DNA from: an uncultured Trueperaceae bacterium
GTDB taxonomy: Bacteria; Deinococcota; Deinococci; Deinococcales; Trueperaceae
Assembly: GCA_963799485.1 (NCBI GenBank)
Contig: CAWCXJ010000008.1
Coordinates: 224,001-288,000, forward strand
DNA length: 64,000 nt
Direction of reading: 5' to 3'
A program made the translations under genes and the position numbers. Position 1 is the first letter of the stretch, and each line of letters starts with the position of its first letter. The notes below the pieces were generated by a model that worked only from the letters and a program-made list of their open reading frames with translations, was not told the DNA's origin and made no database searches. Below are positions 25,157 through 34,787 of this stretch, one piece after another.

Positions 25157-27367
25157 ATGGAGACGCTGACGTCGCCCTTACCCGAAACGCTAGACCACAA
25201 AACCGACTACCTGAGCGAACACGACAAAGTGCGTCTAGGGAGCGCGTACAGCTTCGCTGAGGCGGCGCACCGGGGCGTGACGCGCCGCTCCGGCGAGCCT
25301 TACATTACCCACCCGGTCGCCGTCACCGAACTGCTAGCCGAGATGCAGCTCGACGCCGACGCGCTGATCGCCGGGCTTTTGCACGATACCGTCGAAGACA
25401 CCGAGGTTACGCTCGCCGACGTTGAAACGCACTTCGGGGCGCCCGTGCGCCGCATCGTCGAAGGTGAAACGAAGATCAGCAAGCTCAAAATCTCGCGCCT
25501 CGGCAACGAATACGAGGACGAACAAGCCGAAAACCTGCGGCAGATGCTCCTCGCGATGGTCGGTGATGTGCGGATTATTCTGGTCAAGTTCGCCGACAGA
25601 CTGCACAATATGCGTACCCTGCAGTTTATGCCGCCGGAAAAGCAAAAACGCATCGCCCGTGAAACCTTGGAGATTTTTGCGCCGCTCGCGCACCGTTTGG
25701 GGATCAACCACGTCAAGAGCGAATTGGAAGAACTTGGGTTTTTGTACGCCGAGCCTGAACGTTACCGCGCTTTAGAACGCCAGGTACGGCTCCGCCGCGC
25801 CGAACGTGAAGCGTATGTGGCGCGCTCTATCGTGATGCTAGAAGACCGCTTGGCCCAGGAGGGCTTGTCGTTCGATATTGCGGGGCGCAGCAAAGGGCTC
25901 TACAGCGTTCACCAAAAGATTTTACGCGACGCCAAAAACTTAGACCAAATCTTCGACCTGATGGCGATTCGGGTCGTTTTGTCCCCGACGACGCACCTGG
26001 GCCTCAGCTTGGAAGACGAAGAAAAAGCCGTCTGCTACCGCGCGCTCGGGATTATCCATTCGATCTGGACGCCGATACCGGGCCGCTTTAAGGATTACGT
26101 GGCGGTACCCAAACCTAACGGCTATCAGTCTTTGCACACGACCGTTATCGGCTTGCAGGGGCAGCCTATCGAAGTGCAGATTCGCACAGAGCGGATGCAC
26201 GAAGTCGCCGAGTACGGCGTCGCGGCGCACTGGGCGTACAAACAGGGCCTCGGTGAGGCGTCCCCGGCGGCGCTCCAGGGGCGGCTGACCTGGATGAAGC
26301 AGCTCGTCGATGTTGACGAGGGTTCGGAGAGCGCGGGTGCGTTCGTCGATACGGTCAAGACCGACTTGCTCTCTGAACGGGTACTGATCTTTACGCCTGC
26401 CGGTGACATCGTAAATCTGCCGCTCGGCAGTACCCCGATAGATTTTGCCTACCACGTCCATACCCAGGTCGGGCACCGCTGTTCGGGGGCGCGCGTGAAC
26501 GGTGAAATCGTACCGCTTTCGTACACGCTGCAAACCGGCGACCGCGTAGAAATCCTGACAAACCGGGGCGCGCACTACGGGCCGTCTCCCGACTGGCTCG
26601 GGATAGTCGTTACAAGGGGTGCTAAACAAAAGATTCGGCACTATTTCAGGCAACAAGAGCGTGAGGGCACCCTCGAGAGCGCCAAACGCACTTTAGAGCG
26701 CGCGCTGCGCCGTAAACACCTGTCGGTAGCGCATTACACCGGTAAAAAGCTCGAGGTCGCCGCCCGCAAACTTATCAACGCCGATTCGGTCGACGAGCTT
26801 TATTTGGCACTCCACGCCAAACGCGTGACTCCTAAACAGATTTTGCTCGAGCTGCTCCCCGAAGCGCCCAAACCCACACCGCCTGCACTGCCTACCCCGA
26901 AACGCGGTACCGGCGGCATCTACTTGGACGGCCTCGACGCGCCCGCCAAACTCGCACAGTGCTGCAGTCCGGTGCGCGGCGACGAGGTCGTCGGCTACAT
27001 CACGCGCGGGCGCGGCGTCACGGTTCACCGTTGCGACTGTCCGAACGTTAAACACCTGATGCGTAAAGAGGCCGAGCGCCTCGTGCACGTGACCTGGGAC
27101 GTCGCGACCGGCGAGGTCTACCCGGTCGATTTCGAGGTCGTCGGTGTCGACCGTCCCGGTCTGCTGATGAACGTTTTAGATGTGATTGCCGGAATGAACA
27201 AGTCGGCCTCGAGAGTCACCGCCGACGTGCAGAGTAGCGCAAACGCCCGGATTCATTTCCGCATCGACGTCAAGGACCAAACCGAGGTCGACCGGGTCAA
27301 AGAAGCAGTGCTGCGTATCGACGACGTGACGCGTATCTACCGCTCACGACCGGGGCTTAAAGCGTAA
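25157..27367 (+). CDS. rel: Bifunctional (p)ppGpp synthetase/hydrolase (long RSH)
   Basis: LHDTVED hydrolase motif, RFKDY, YQSLHT, TGS (TPIDFAY), CC zinc finger, ACT domain. Confidence 0.97.
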   Translation: METLTSPLPETLDHKTDYLSEHDKVRLGSAYSFAEAAHRGVTRRSGEPYITHPVAVTELLAEMQLDADALIAGLLHDTVEDTEVTLADVETHFGAPVRRIVEGETKISKLKISRLGNEYEDEQAENLRQMLLAMVGDVRIILVKFADRLHNMRTLQFMPPEKQKRIARETLEIFAPLAHRLGINHVKSELEELGFLYAEPERYRALERQVRLRRAEREAYVARSIVMLEDRLAQEGLSFDIAGRSKGLYSVHQKILRDAKNLDQIFDLMAIRVVLSPTTHLGLSLEDEEKAVCYRALGIIHSIWTPIPGRFKDYVAVPKPNGYQSLHTTVIGLQGQPIEVQIRTERMHEVAEYGVAAHWAYKQGLGEASPAALQGRLTWMKQLVDVDEGSESAGAFVDTVKTDLLSERVLIFTPAGDIVNLPLGSTPIDFAYHVHTQVGHRCSGARVNGEIVPLSYTLQTGDRVEILTNRGAHYGPSPDWLGIVVTRGAKQKIRHYFRQQEREGTLESAKRTLERALRRKHLSVAHYTGKKLEVAARKLINADSVDELYLALHAKRVTPKQILLELLPEAPKPTPPALPTPKRGTGGIYLDGLDAPAKLAQCCSPVRGDEVVGYITRGRGVTVHRCDCPNVKHLMRKEAERLVHVTWDVATGEVYPVDFEVVGVDRPGLLMNVLDVIAGMNKSASRVTADVQSSANARIHFRIDVKDQTEVDRVKEAVLRIDDVTRIYRSRPGLKA

Positions 27368-27447
27368 ACAGGTCGAGCGGTGCAGCATTCGGCAAAAAGT
27401 CCGAACAGTCTTTTCGAACAGTCTTAAAAGCCAAACAGTCTTAGGTG

Positions 27448-28236
27448 CTAAAGTCCGGGCTCTTGTTTAGCGCCGCTAACGACAACAGTCTCACGCGCAC
27501 GTTCGTTGTGGAGCGGCACCCCTACTGCTTCTCGGTTGAGTAGCTGCGCCGCAGTTCGGAGCGAAAAAACCAACCAGCAGACGATGCCGAGCATTTTAGA
27601 CAGGTCTTCGATAAGCAGACCGGCATCCCCGCGGATGCCAAACAGAAAACGGAGCAAACCTTGATCGGTTAAAACTGAAAAGGCAAAAAAGCCGAGAGCC
27701 AGACCGAGAAGTAAAAAATCCGTTTCTAACAGGAGTTGAATAAACCCGACAAAGCCAGCTGCCAAGATGCCGTAAACAGCGTACAGAGCAAGCTCGGAAA
27801 TACCTAACCAGACCGGTAGCATCGCCTCATGCAACATAAACAGGTCGTCTAACGCAAGAAGGCCGGCAAAAACGGCCATGTAAACCAAAAAAACTTTTTC
27901 CAAACGTCTGCCGGGTACTGTAGCGGTCGTCCGCCGGAGCAAAAAAGCGGCGAACGCGTATACAACCGCGCTCGTCCACCAAAGTAAAACCCCGACGTTT
28001 GAGAGTGCGCCGCGGTAGAACATCACGTCGCCCTGTAGGTCGTAAATTTCGGCGTTGGTATCGCGTAGTAGCGTACCGATCGGCACGAACCGCTGAACCG
28101 CAAGCATGAGATAAATGACTACAACCGGCAAAAGCACAGTCAAGACAACCGTCCGTAAAAGAGGTACTTGCTTGAGCAGGCGGGATAACAGAAGGTGCAT
28201 GAGAGTCCTTTGAAGAGATGGTGAAATCGTCAGCAC
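27448..28236 (-). CDS. Polytopic membrane protein of unknown function
   Basis: About 7 TM helices, LDDLFMLHE motif. Confidence 0.75.
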   Translation of the reverse strand: MLTISPSLQRTLMHLLLSRLLKQVPLLRTVVLTVLLPVVVIYLMLAVQRFVPIGTLLRDTNAEIYDLQGDVMFYRGALSNVGVLLWWTSAVVYAFAAFLLRRTTATVPGRRLEKVFLVYMAVFAGLLALDDLFMLHEAMLPVWLGISELALYAVYGILAAGFVGFIQLLLETDFLLLGLALGFFAFSVLTDQGLLRFLFGIRGDAGLLIEDLSKMLGIVCWLVFSLRTAAQLLNREAVGVPLHNERARETVVVSGAKQEPGL

Positions 28237-28372
28237 TGTGTAGAAATATCCGGTCGGCTGACGCCGGGCTGACAGAACCTCAAGATAGCTTAGCAGATTC
28301 TGCCGCCGCTACTACGTAAATACCTGCGGATAACAGCTTTGAAACCAACTGCTGTCAACCTCGCGTATAAAT

Positions 28373-28801
28373 GTGCGGATGACCCGCCGCCTTGAGCTAG
28401 CGACACTAAACTTGGAAAATATGAAACGCTCGAGTTGGCACAGTATTCTGACGTTCGCAACGGTTACCGGATTTATCGGCTCGAGCACGCTCGCTATGGT
28501 GCTGAGCCTGACAACACCTACGGGAGCAAAAATACTGGTTTTTACAGGCGGTTTTTTTGGAACGCTACTAGTCGGCGCGCTGCTCCCCCGCGTCCGGCAA
28601 AATGTGCTCGGCGTATTCCAGTCTGCTACGAGTCGGTCGGAACAAACGTCGGCGTCCAGGCGTAACCGCGCCCCAGCGCCCAGGTACCTGCGAAACACGC
28701 CCAGCAAGCTGCGCCGGTTAGAGCGGCATATGCTGCTGAGGAGTCGCTACAAATACACGCGCGTGAGCCTGCCGCAGAAAAAGAGAGTGGCAAGAAAGTA
28801 A
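28373..28801 (+). CDS. Hypothetical protein (2 TM plus basic tail; start possibly 28420 region)
   Basis: ORF with two hydrophobic segments; no recognisable motif. Confidence 0.45.
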   Translation: MRMTRRLELATLNLENMKRSSWHSILTFATVTGFIGSSTLAMVLSLTTPTGAKILVFTGGFFGTLLVGALLPRVRQNVLGVFQSATSRSEQTSASRRNRAPAPRYLRNTPSKLRRLERHMLLRSRYKYTRVSLPQKKRVARK

Positions 28802-28975
28802 GCTGCTTGCAGGTCTGCCTAAAGCACAACTGCGTCTCGCCGGTCGGTAGCGTAAAACCTGTGGGTACCGCGAGAGGCTGCTCGAGCAGAGCAAGCTCAC
28901 GTAACACACAGGTTTTCTCGACCACTAGGGTCTCTTGCCGAAGCTCGCCGCTGCAGGTGCAAACAGCGAGCTTAC
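28798..28975 (-). ncRNA. Candidate structured RNA, about 178 nt rod with central bubble (6S-like architecture)
   Basis: Outer stem GCUGUUUGCA/UGCAAGCAGC, inner GGUCG/CGACC and AAAACCUGUG/CACAGGUUUU; G-U wobbles favour the minus strand. Confidence 0.4.
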
Positions 28976-29022
28976 CGGCTTTAGCGGGCTGCCCGGTGCT
29001 AAAAAATTGTGCCGCTGTCTAA

Positions 29023-29139
29023 CGGGGATGTCGGGTGGGGTAATACCTGCTCGGATAGCGCCTGACGCATCCGGAACGAAGCCCGGTAAGACGAGGCTGA
29101 CGCCAGGTTCGGTTCCTGTGCCTGCCCGGCTACCCTCCG
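29023..29139 (+). ncRNA. Candidate structured RNA, about 117 nt, paired ends, T-arm-like hairpin
   Basis: GUCGGGUGGG pairs with CCUGCCCGGC; CAGG-UUCGGUU-CCUG hairpin. Confidence 0.35.
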
Positions 29140-30729
29140 CTACACCATGACCCGCTCGTCATCGAGACCGGTCGCACCGCTCGGGTGCGGGGGGCGTTGT
29201 TCGGTTATCTGCGTATCACCGCTACCGTCGGTGCAGCGTACTGTAAAAGTGTGTTGGCCCGACTCGAAAGGCCACTCGAAACGCCACAACACCCAGGTCA
29301 GCTCAGACATCGGCTCGCGGAGCTGTGCGGGCTGCCAGTCGCCGTCATCGACCTTGACCTCGACGCTGCGAATCCCCCGCGCCCCCGCATAGGCGATACC
29401 GCCGACCGGGATTACCTCACTATCTTTAGCGTCGGCAATCATCATGTTCGTCGCTACCGTGTCGATCACCGAGGTGGCCCGTACCTGCGCCTCGCGGTCC
29501 CATGAGCGCACCACCCAGTAACCGGGTTCCCATGAATCTACGACCTCGATGGTTTCAATCCATTTGGGTTGCTTCATACCGTAGTGGTCGGGGATATAGA
29601 TGCGGAGCGGAAAACCGTGCTTGATACGGAGCGGTACCCCGTCCCAAGCGTAAGCGAGGACGATACGCGGGTCATTGCGGATATCGGCTAGCGCTACGTA
29701 CTCGAAAAAGCCGTCGGCAGACGTGATTCGCAGATGTGAGGCGTTTTCTTGCAAGCCCCACTCGGGCAGCAGGTTTTGTAGCGGGACGCCCGTCCAGCGC
29801 GTGGTGCCGATCAGCTCGCCGCCGACAGGGTTTGAAATACACGACATGGTGACGAACTGATCGGTCGCCTCAAAAGCGCGCATCTCCGAGAGCGTGTACT
29901 CTCTGGGCGTATCTACCAGCCCCTCGACCCGTAAACGCCAGTCGGCTGCTTGAAGGGTAGGGGGCGCAAGGTTGATATCGATACGGTAGTGCTGTTCCAG
30001 GGGGGTATATTCGGGGCGTGTTCCCTGTACGGGCGCAACCGCTGCACCGGCGTTGGGGAGCGCATTGTTCGCCGACCAGCGCTGACCTTCAGGCGGCGCT
30101 TCTTCGGCGTTCCGGCGGCTCAGCACCGCCCCGACGCCTGCGCCCGCTACGGTAATAAGTGCCGCCGCGCTCCCGACCCGCACGATAAATTGCCGTCGGT
30201 TGACGGGCTCGGCGGTGACAGCCGGGGTAACGATTCGGGTCACGCGGCGTTGTAACCATGCCAGACCCAGACCCCAAACGACAAGTGCCAACAAAACCCA
30301 AAGCCCGTCTGCAAGCGTCGCGCCCTGCCGGGTCGCGCTGATCGCACCTAAAATTAAACCCAGTACGAGACCGTAACTTGAACCGGCGAACAGGCTCGAG
30401 CGCCGCCCCCGGAAAAAAGCAAAGTACGCCGCCCCGCCAATGAGGGTCAGCCCGAGGGTCAAAGCTACCGCCATCGCCTGTTCTGCCAGCTTGGCGTTTT
30501 CTCTGACTGACAACCCGAGGGCGTTAATCATCCCGACCATGCTGTCGATGCCGGTCGTAATCACACTTCCCGGTAAGATGCGCGAGATTAGATCGAAAAT
30601 ATCAAAAGGGATAAAAGGTACGCCGACAGTCGTGTAGGCCAGGAACAAGAGCGCCAGCAGCGGCGCGCTCAGCAGCAGGGCGAGAGCCGCACCGACGACG
30701 AGAGCAAGCCAGATATTGGGTTTTTTCAC
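29140..30729 (-). CDS. Membrane-bound molybdopterin oxidoreductase, sulfite oxidase family
   Basis: TMSCISN Mo-ligand Cys, WTGVPL, HGFPLR, YGMKQPKW, dimerisation domain; N-terminal TMs then internal NRRQFI. Confidence 0.92.
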   Translation of the reverse strand: MKKPNIWLALVVGAALALLLSAPLLALLFLAYTTVGVPFIPFDIFDLISRILPGSVITTGIDSMVGMINALGLSVRENAKLAEQAMAVALTLGLTLIGGAAYFAFFRGRRSSLFAGSSYGLVLGLILGAISATRQGATLADGLWVLLALVVWGLGLAWLQRRVTRIVTPAVTAEPVNRRQFIVRVGSAAALITVAGAGVGAVLSRRNAEEAPPEGQRWSANNALPNAGAAVAPVQGTRPEYTPLEQHYRIDINLAPPTLQAADWRLRVEGLVDTPREYTLSEMRAFEATDQFVTMSCISNPVGGELIGTTRWTGVPLQNLLPEWGLQENASHLRITSADGFFEYVALADIRNDPRIVLAYAWDGVPLRIKHGFPLRIYIPDHYGMKQPKWIETIEVVDSWEPGYWVVRSWDREAQVRATSVIDTVATNMMIADAKDSEVIPVGGIAYAGARGIRSVEVKVDDGDWQPAQLREPMSELTWVLWRFEWPFESGQHTFTVRCTDGSGDTQITEQRPPHPSGATGLDDERVMV

Positions 30730-30857
30730 GTTTTTCTCCTCAACAGGTTAAGGGGCCTGATAAAGCTGGTATATCAGGTGAGGTAGCTGACTCGAGTCGT
30801 ATTAAAAGAGGTTCTATAACGTAAATGTAGCGTGAACGAGCAAGATTTTACGTCAAA

Positions 30858-30917
30858 TGTACGACAAAGGCGTCTGTATGACAAACCCGTATGACAAACC
30901 TGTATGACAAAGGCGTT
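30858..30917. repeat. Four direct copies of GTAYGACAAA
   Basis: TGTACGACAAAGGCGT / TGTATGACAAACC / CGTATGACAAACC / TGTATGACAAAGGCGT. Confidence 0.8.
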
Positions 30918-30952
30918 CCTACCCACCGAACTGCAAACCGTCATCGGTCTGT

Positions 30953-32065
30953 TTACGCTACTGACCGCTCGGTGTGTTCCGGCTGCGCCGTCAGCGCGGC
31001 CCTTAACTGTCTGACAACTTCGCCAACCTGTTCGTCTTTGAGGTTCGGGTATAGCGGCAAGGCCAAAAGCTCTCCGGCAGCGGCCCTGGCGTCTGCACAG
31101 TCGCCGTGTGCTTTACCCTTTAAGGGTGGCAGGTCGGAGAGTGCATAAGGGTAGTAGGCCCTCGCTTCGACACCGCGTTCGTTAAGTTCTGCCATCACCC
31201 TGTCACGTTCGGGCACACGTACGACGTAGAGATGATAAACCCCGTTCCGGTGCTGCGGCACCGTCACCGGCAAGTCGGCTAGAAACGTATCGTAACACCT
31301 CGCCAAGGTGCGCCGCCGCGCGTTCCAGCCGTCCAGATAAGGCAGTTTGACGCTCAGTACGGCAGCTTGGAGGGCGTCGAGCCGCGAGGTGTACCCGACC
31401 GCCTCGTGAAAATAAGGACGTGTGGTGCCGTGTGCGCGCAACAACCTGACCTGTTTGGCAACGTCCGCGTGCGGCGTCGTTACGAGCCCGCCGTCCCCGG
31501 CTGCACCCAGGTTTTTCGTCGGGTAAAACGAGTAGCAGCAGGCGTCGCTCCAGCTACCCATCGGTTTGCCGCCCAGCGCTGCGCCGACCGCTTGCGCGGC
31601 ATCCTCAATCACCTTGAGGTCGTGCTTTCGGGCGAGTTCGGCGAGCGCGGGCATGTCGGCGGGGCAGCCGTAAAGATGTACGGGCATGAGCGCTTTCGTG
31701 CGCGGCGTCAGCGCGGCCGCGGCAGCCGTAACAGACAAGTTGAGCGTATCGGGGTCGATATCGACCAGCACCGGTTCCGCGCCGACCAAAAGCACCGCTT
31801 CGGCAGACGCGTAAAACGACAACGCCGGAACGATGACCTCATCGCCGGGGCCGATTTGGAGCGCACGCAGCGCCAACACCAGCGCGTCGGTACCCGAGCC
31901 GACGCCGACCGCGTGCGCCGAGTTCGTATAGGCCGCAAACTCGGCTTCAAACCGTGCGACCCGTTTGCCCAACACGAATTGAGCTTTGCGGAGGGTCTCC
32001 AAGACGGTGGCCTCGAGCTTCTCTTGCAACTCATCCGGCAAAGTTATGTCGAAAAGTCTTATCAA
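30953..32065 (-). CDS. DegT/DnrJ/EryC1/StrS PLP-dependent aminotransferase
   Basis: SGTDAL, EDAAQA, SFYPTKNLGAAGDGG, SRLDALQAA. Confidence 0.95.
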   Translation of the reverse strand: MIRLFDITLPDELQEKLEATVLETLRKAQFVLGKRVARFEAEFAAYTNSAHAVGVGSGTDALVLALRALQIGPGDEVIVPALSFYASAEAVLLVGAEPVLVDIDPDTLNLSVTAAAAALTPRTKALMPVHLYGCPADMPALAELARKHDLKVIEDAAQAVGAALGGKPMGSWSDACCYSFYPTKNLGAAGDGGLVTTPHADVAKQVRLLRAHGTTRPYFHEAVGYTSRLDALQAAVLSVKLPYLDGWNARRRTLARCYDTFLADLPVTVPQHRNGVYHLYVVRVPERDRVMAELNERGVEARAYYPYALSDLPPLKGKAHGDCADARAAAGELLALPLYPNLKDEQVGEVVRQLRAALTAQPEHTERSVA

Positions 32066-32943
32066 GCGCCGCCGCCCCCGCGCCGCCGCGTAGCAGCAAT
32101 CACCGTATTTTGCATGAGCATCGCTACCGTCATCGGCCCGACGCCGCCCGGAACCGGGGTCAGGTAGCCCGCAACCTCGGCGACTTCAGGTCGTACATCG
32201 CCGCGCAGCGCCCAACCGGACTTTTTCGTAAAGTCGGTAACGCGGGTAATGCCAACGTCCAACACGACTGCGCCTGGTTTGACCATCGCCGGGGTGATGA
32301 GGCCCACACGCCCAACGGCTGCAACCAGAATGTCGGCTTCGGCGGTCAGCGCCGGGAGCTCCCTGGTCTTCGAGTGTGCCACGGTAACGGTCGCGTCCCG
32401 CTGTAAAAAGAGTGCCGCCGCCGGTTTCCCGACAAGCGACGAACGTCCGACGACGACAACCCGCTTGCCTGCTACCGGCAACTTGTAAAAATCCATAATG
32501 CGAATCAGCCCCGCCGGAGTACACGGCACCAAGGCCCGTCCACCGTTCCAGAGCCGACCGACGTTGACCGGGTGAAACCCGTCCACGTCTTTCGCCGGGT
32601 CGATGACCTCCTGGACGAAGCGAATATCGAGGTGTGGCGGCAGCGGGTCTTGCACCAAAATACCGTCGACTTCGGGATCGTCGTTGAGTGCCCGAACGCG
32701 CGCGAGCAGGTCGTTTTGCGCGGTCATTTCACCCATCACCACAACCCGAGACTTGAGGCCGAGCTGCGTCGCGGCGCGGTCTTTACCACGTACATAAGCG
32801 ACGCTCGCCGGGTCTTCACCGACGCGCACGACGACGAGTTGCGGCGCAAAGGGGAGCGTCCGGAGCGTCTCTTTAAGTTCAGCGGTGACGCTCGCCGCGA
32901 CCGTTTTACCGTCTAAACGCTGAGCTGTTTCGGTTTCAGCCAT
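32062..32943 (-). CDS. folD: Methylenetetrahydrofolate dehydrogenase/cyclohydrolase
   Basis: YVRGK, KDVDGFHP, PCTP, TPVPGGVGPMT. Confidence 0.97.
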   Translation of the reverse strand: MAETETAQRLDGKTVAASVTAELKETLRTLPFAPQLVVVRVGEDPASVAYVRGKDRAATQLGLKSRVVVMGEMTAQNDLLARVRALNDDPEVDGILVQDPLPPHLDIRFVQEVIDPAKDVDGFHPVNVGRLWNGGRALVPCTPAGLIRIMDFYKLPVAGKRVVVVGRSSLVGKPAAALFLQRDATVTVAHSKTRELPALTAEADILVAAVGRVGLITPAMVKPGAVVLDVGITRVTDFTKKSGWALRGDVRPEVAEVAGYLTPVPGGVGPMTVAMLMQNTVIAATRRRGGGGA

Positions 32944-33424
32944 GCTCTACCTCGGTAGGCGCTGCGTCAGCTTCGGGCGTAGCTACCCCTTCACGGTGAA
33001 GCTTCGCCAAGACGCCGTTGACAAACCGCCCTGATTCCTCACCGCCGTAGCGTTTGGCAATCCGCACCGCGACCTCGAACGTGACTTCGGGCGGGAGGGC
33101 TTCATAGGTCATTTCCGTTAGAGCCAGCCGCAACACGGCGAGGTCGGTCTGCGACATCTGCGAAAATGTCCAGCCCTCGAGTACCCGCGAGAGCCTGCCG
33201 TCGAGTTCCGCCTGATGTTCGGCAAACGCCTGCACGAGCCGTTCAGCAAACGCCGCACCGTCGGCGTCCAACCCTTCGCCGTAGGCTTCGGCGGCTTCTC
33301 CCGGCGTCTGTTCGGTGAGGTCGTCGTGGATACTCTCCCACGCCTCGAGTAAAGGTTCGCCTCCACGCTCGGCTTGAAAAAGCGCGCGAAACGCCAGTTC
33401 TCTGGCGCGACGCCTAGTTGTCAT
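32936..33424 (-). CDS. nusB: Transcription antitermination factor NusB
   Basis: RRRARELAF, EVAVRIAKRYG, FVNGVL. Confidence 0.96.
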   Translation of the reverse strand: MTTRRRARELAFRALFQAERGGEPLLEAWESIHDDLTEQTPGEAAEAYGEGLDADGAAFAERLVQAFAEHQAELDGRLSRVLEGWTFSQMSQTDLAVLRLALTEMTYEALPPEVTFEVAVRIAKRYGGEESGRFVNGVLAKLHREGVATPEADAAPTEVEHG

Positions 33425-33439
33425 ATCGACCCGTAACGT

Positions 33440-34777
33440 TCATCCCTGCATCCGTTTGGCGATAAAGGTGGTGTAGACCGCGCCGCGCTGATAAAAGGCG
33501 TTGTCCAAGACGCGGAGGTGAAAGGGAATCGTCGTTTTAATGCCTTCCAATACGGTTTCGGTCAGCGCCCGTTTCATCCGGGCGATGGCTTCTTCACGGG
33601 TCGGAGCCCAGGCGATGATTTTAGCCACCAGCGAGTCGTAGTACGGCGGAATCCGGTAGCCCGAATAGACGTGCGAATCGACGCGGATGCCGGGGCCGCC
33701 GGGCCAGTGGACGTCGGTGACGGTTCCCGCTGAAGGCCGAAAGTCAAAGTCGGGGTCTTCGGCGTTGACGCGCACTTCGATGGCGTGACCCGAAACCTGC
33801 ACGTCGTCTTGCGCGAGCGATAACCCCTGTCCCGCCGCGACAAGGAACTGTTCGCGTACCAAATCGAAGCGTGTAACCATTTCGGTGACGGGATGCTCGA
33901 CCTGAATCCGGGTGTTCATCTCGGAAAAGTAAAACGAACCGTCACGGTCAACTAGAAATTCACACGTCCCGGCACCCCGGTAGTTGATGTGTTTGGCGAG
34001 CCGGACGGCAGCGTCGGCAATCTCGAGCCTCAACCCCATATCCAGGGTACTGGGCGCTTCCTCGAGCAGCTTCTGATACCGACGCTGAATCGAACAGTCG
34101 CGGTCGAAAAAGTGGATGGCATTTCCCTCGCCGTCACCGAACACCTGAATCTCGACGTGGCGCGGCTCTTCTAAAAACTTCTCCATGTACATCTCACCGT
34201 TGCCGAAAGCGGCTTTCGCCTCCTCTTGCGCGTTGGTGAGGTTGCGCTGCAACTCGTCTTCGGCGCGGACAATCCGCATCCCACGCCCGCCGCCACCTGC
34301 CGACGCCTTAAGAATGACCGGATAACCGATCTTTTCCGCAAAGCTTTTCGCCTCGTCAACGGACGCCAGTGCGCCCGACCCCGGGACAATCGGCACGCTG
34401 CTCTCCTGCGCTACGCGCCGTGCGCTCGCCTTGTCGCCGATGGCGCGAATGTTTTTCGGGCGTGGGCCGATGAAGGTGATGCCGTGCTCTTCGCACTTCT
34501 GCGCGAACTCGGGGTTTTCGCTTAAAAAGCCGTAACCCGGATGAATCGCCTCCGCGCCCGTAACAAGCGCCGCCGAGAGCAGGTTGCGCACGTTCAGGTA
34601 CGACCCCGCAGACGCCGCCGGGCCGACACAAATCGACTCGTCGGCGAGCAGCACGGGCAGGGAGTTTTCGTCGGCTTCCGAATACGCTTGTACCGCCGTT
34701 ACGCCGAGTTCGCGGGCGGCGCGCAAGATGCGCAGGGCGATTTCGCCGCGGTTGGCGATAAGAATTTTCTTAAACAT
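33440..34777 (-). CDS. accC: Acetyl-CoA carboxylase biotin carboxylase subunit
   Basis: KILIANRGEIA, HPGYGFLSEN, GGGGRGMR, EMNTRIQVEH. Confidence 0.98.
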   Translation of the reverse strand: MFKKILIANRGEIALRILRAARELGVTAVQAYSEADENSLPVLLADESICVGPAASAGSYLNVRNLLSAALVTGAEAIHPGYGFLSENPEFAQKCEEHGITFIGPRPKNIRAIGDKASARRVAQESSVPIVPGSGALASVDEAKSFAEKIGYPVILKASAGGGGRGMRIVRAEDELQRNLTNAQEEAKAAFGNGEMYMEKFLEEPRHVEIQVFGDGEGNAIHFFDRDCSIQRRYQKLLEEAPSTLDMGLRLEIADAAVRLAKHINYRGAGTCEFLVDRDGSFYFSEMNTRIQVEHPVTEMVTRFDLVREQFLVAAGQGLSLAQDDVQVSGHAIEVRVNAEDPDFDFRPSAGTVTDVHWPGGPGIRVDSHVYSGYRIPPYYDSLVAKIIAWAPTREEAIARMKRALTETVLEGIKTTIPFHLRVLDNAFYQRGAVYTTFIAKRMQG

Positions 34778-34787
34778 AAGAACCCAA

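Noticed and set aside
29023..29139. tRNA-Sec or RNase P RNA
   Set aside because: CAGGTTCGGTTCCTGTG resembles a selC T-arm, but there is no UCA anticodon arm or CCA, and no GAGGAAAGUCC RNase P core.
30730..30860. Moco riboswitch upstream of the molybdoenzyme
   Set aside because: I could not see the conserved stems or motifs by eye.
30858..30917. CRISPR array
   Set aside because: Repeats are about 10 bp with 3-7 bp gaps; no cas genes in the window.
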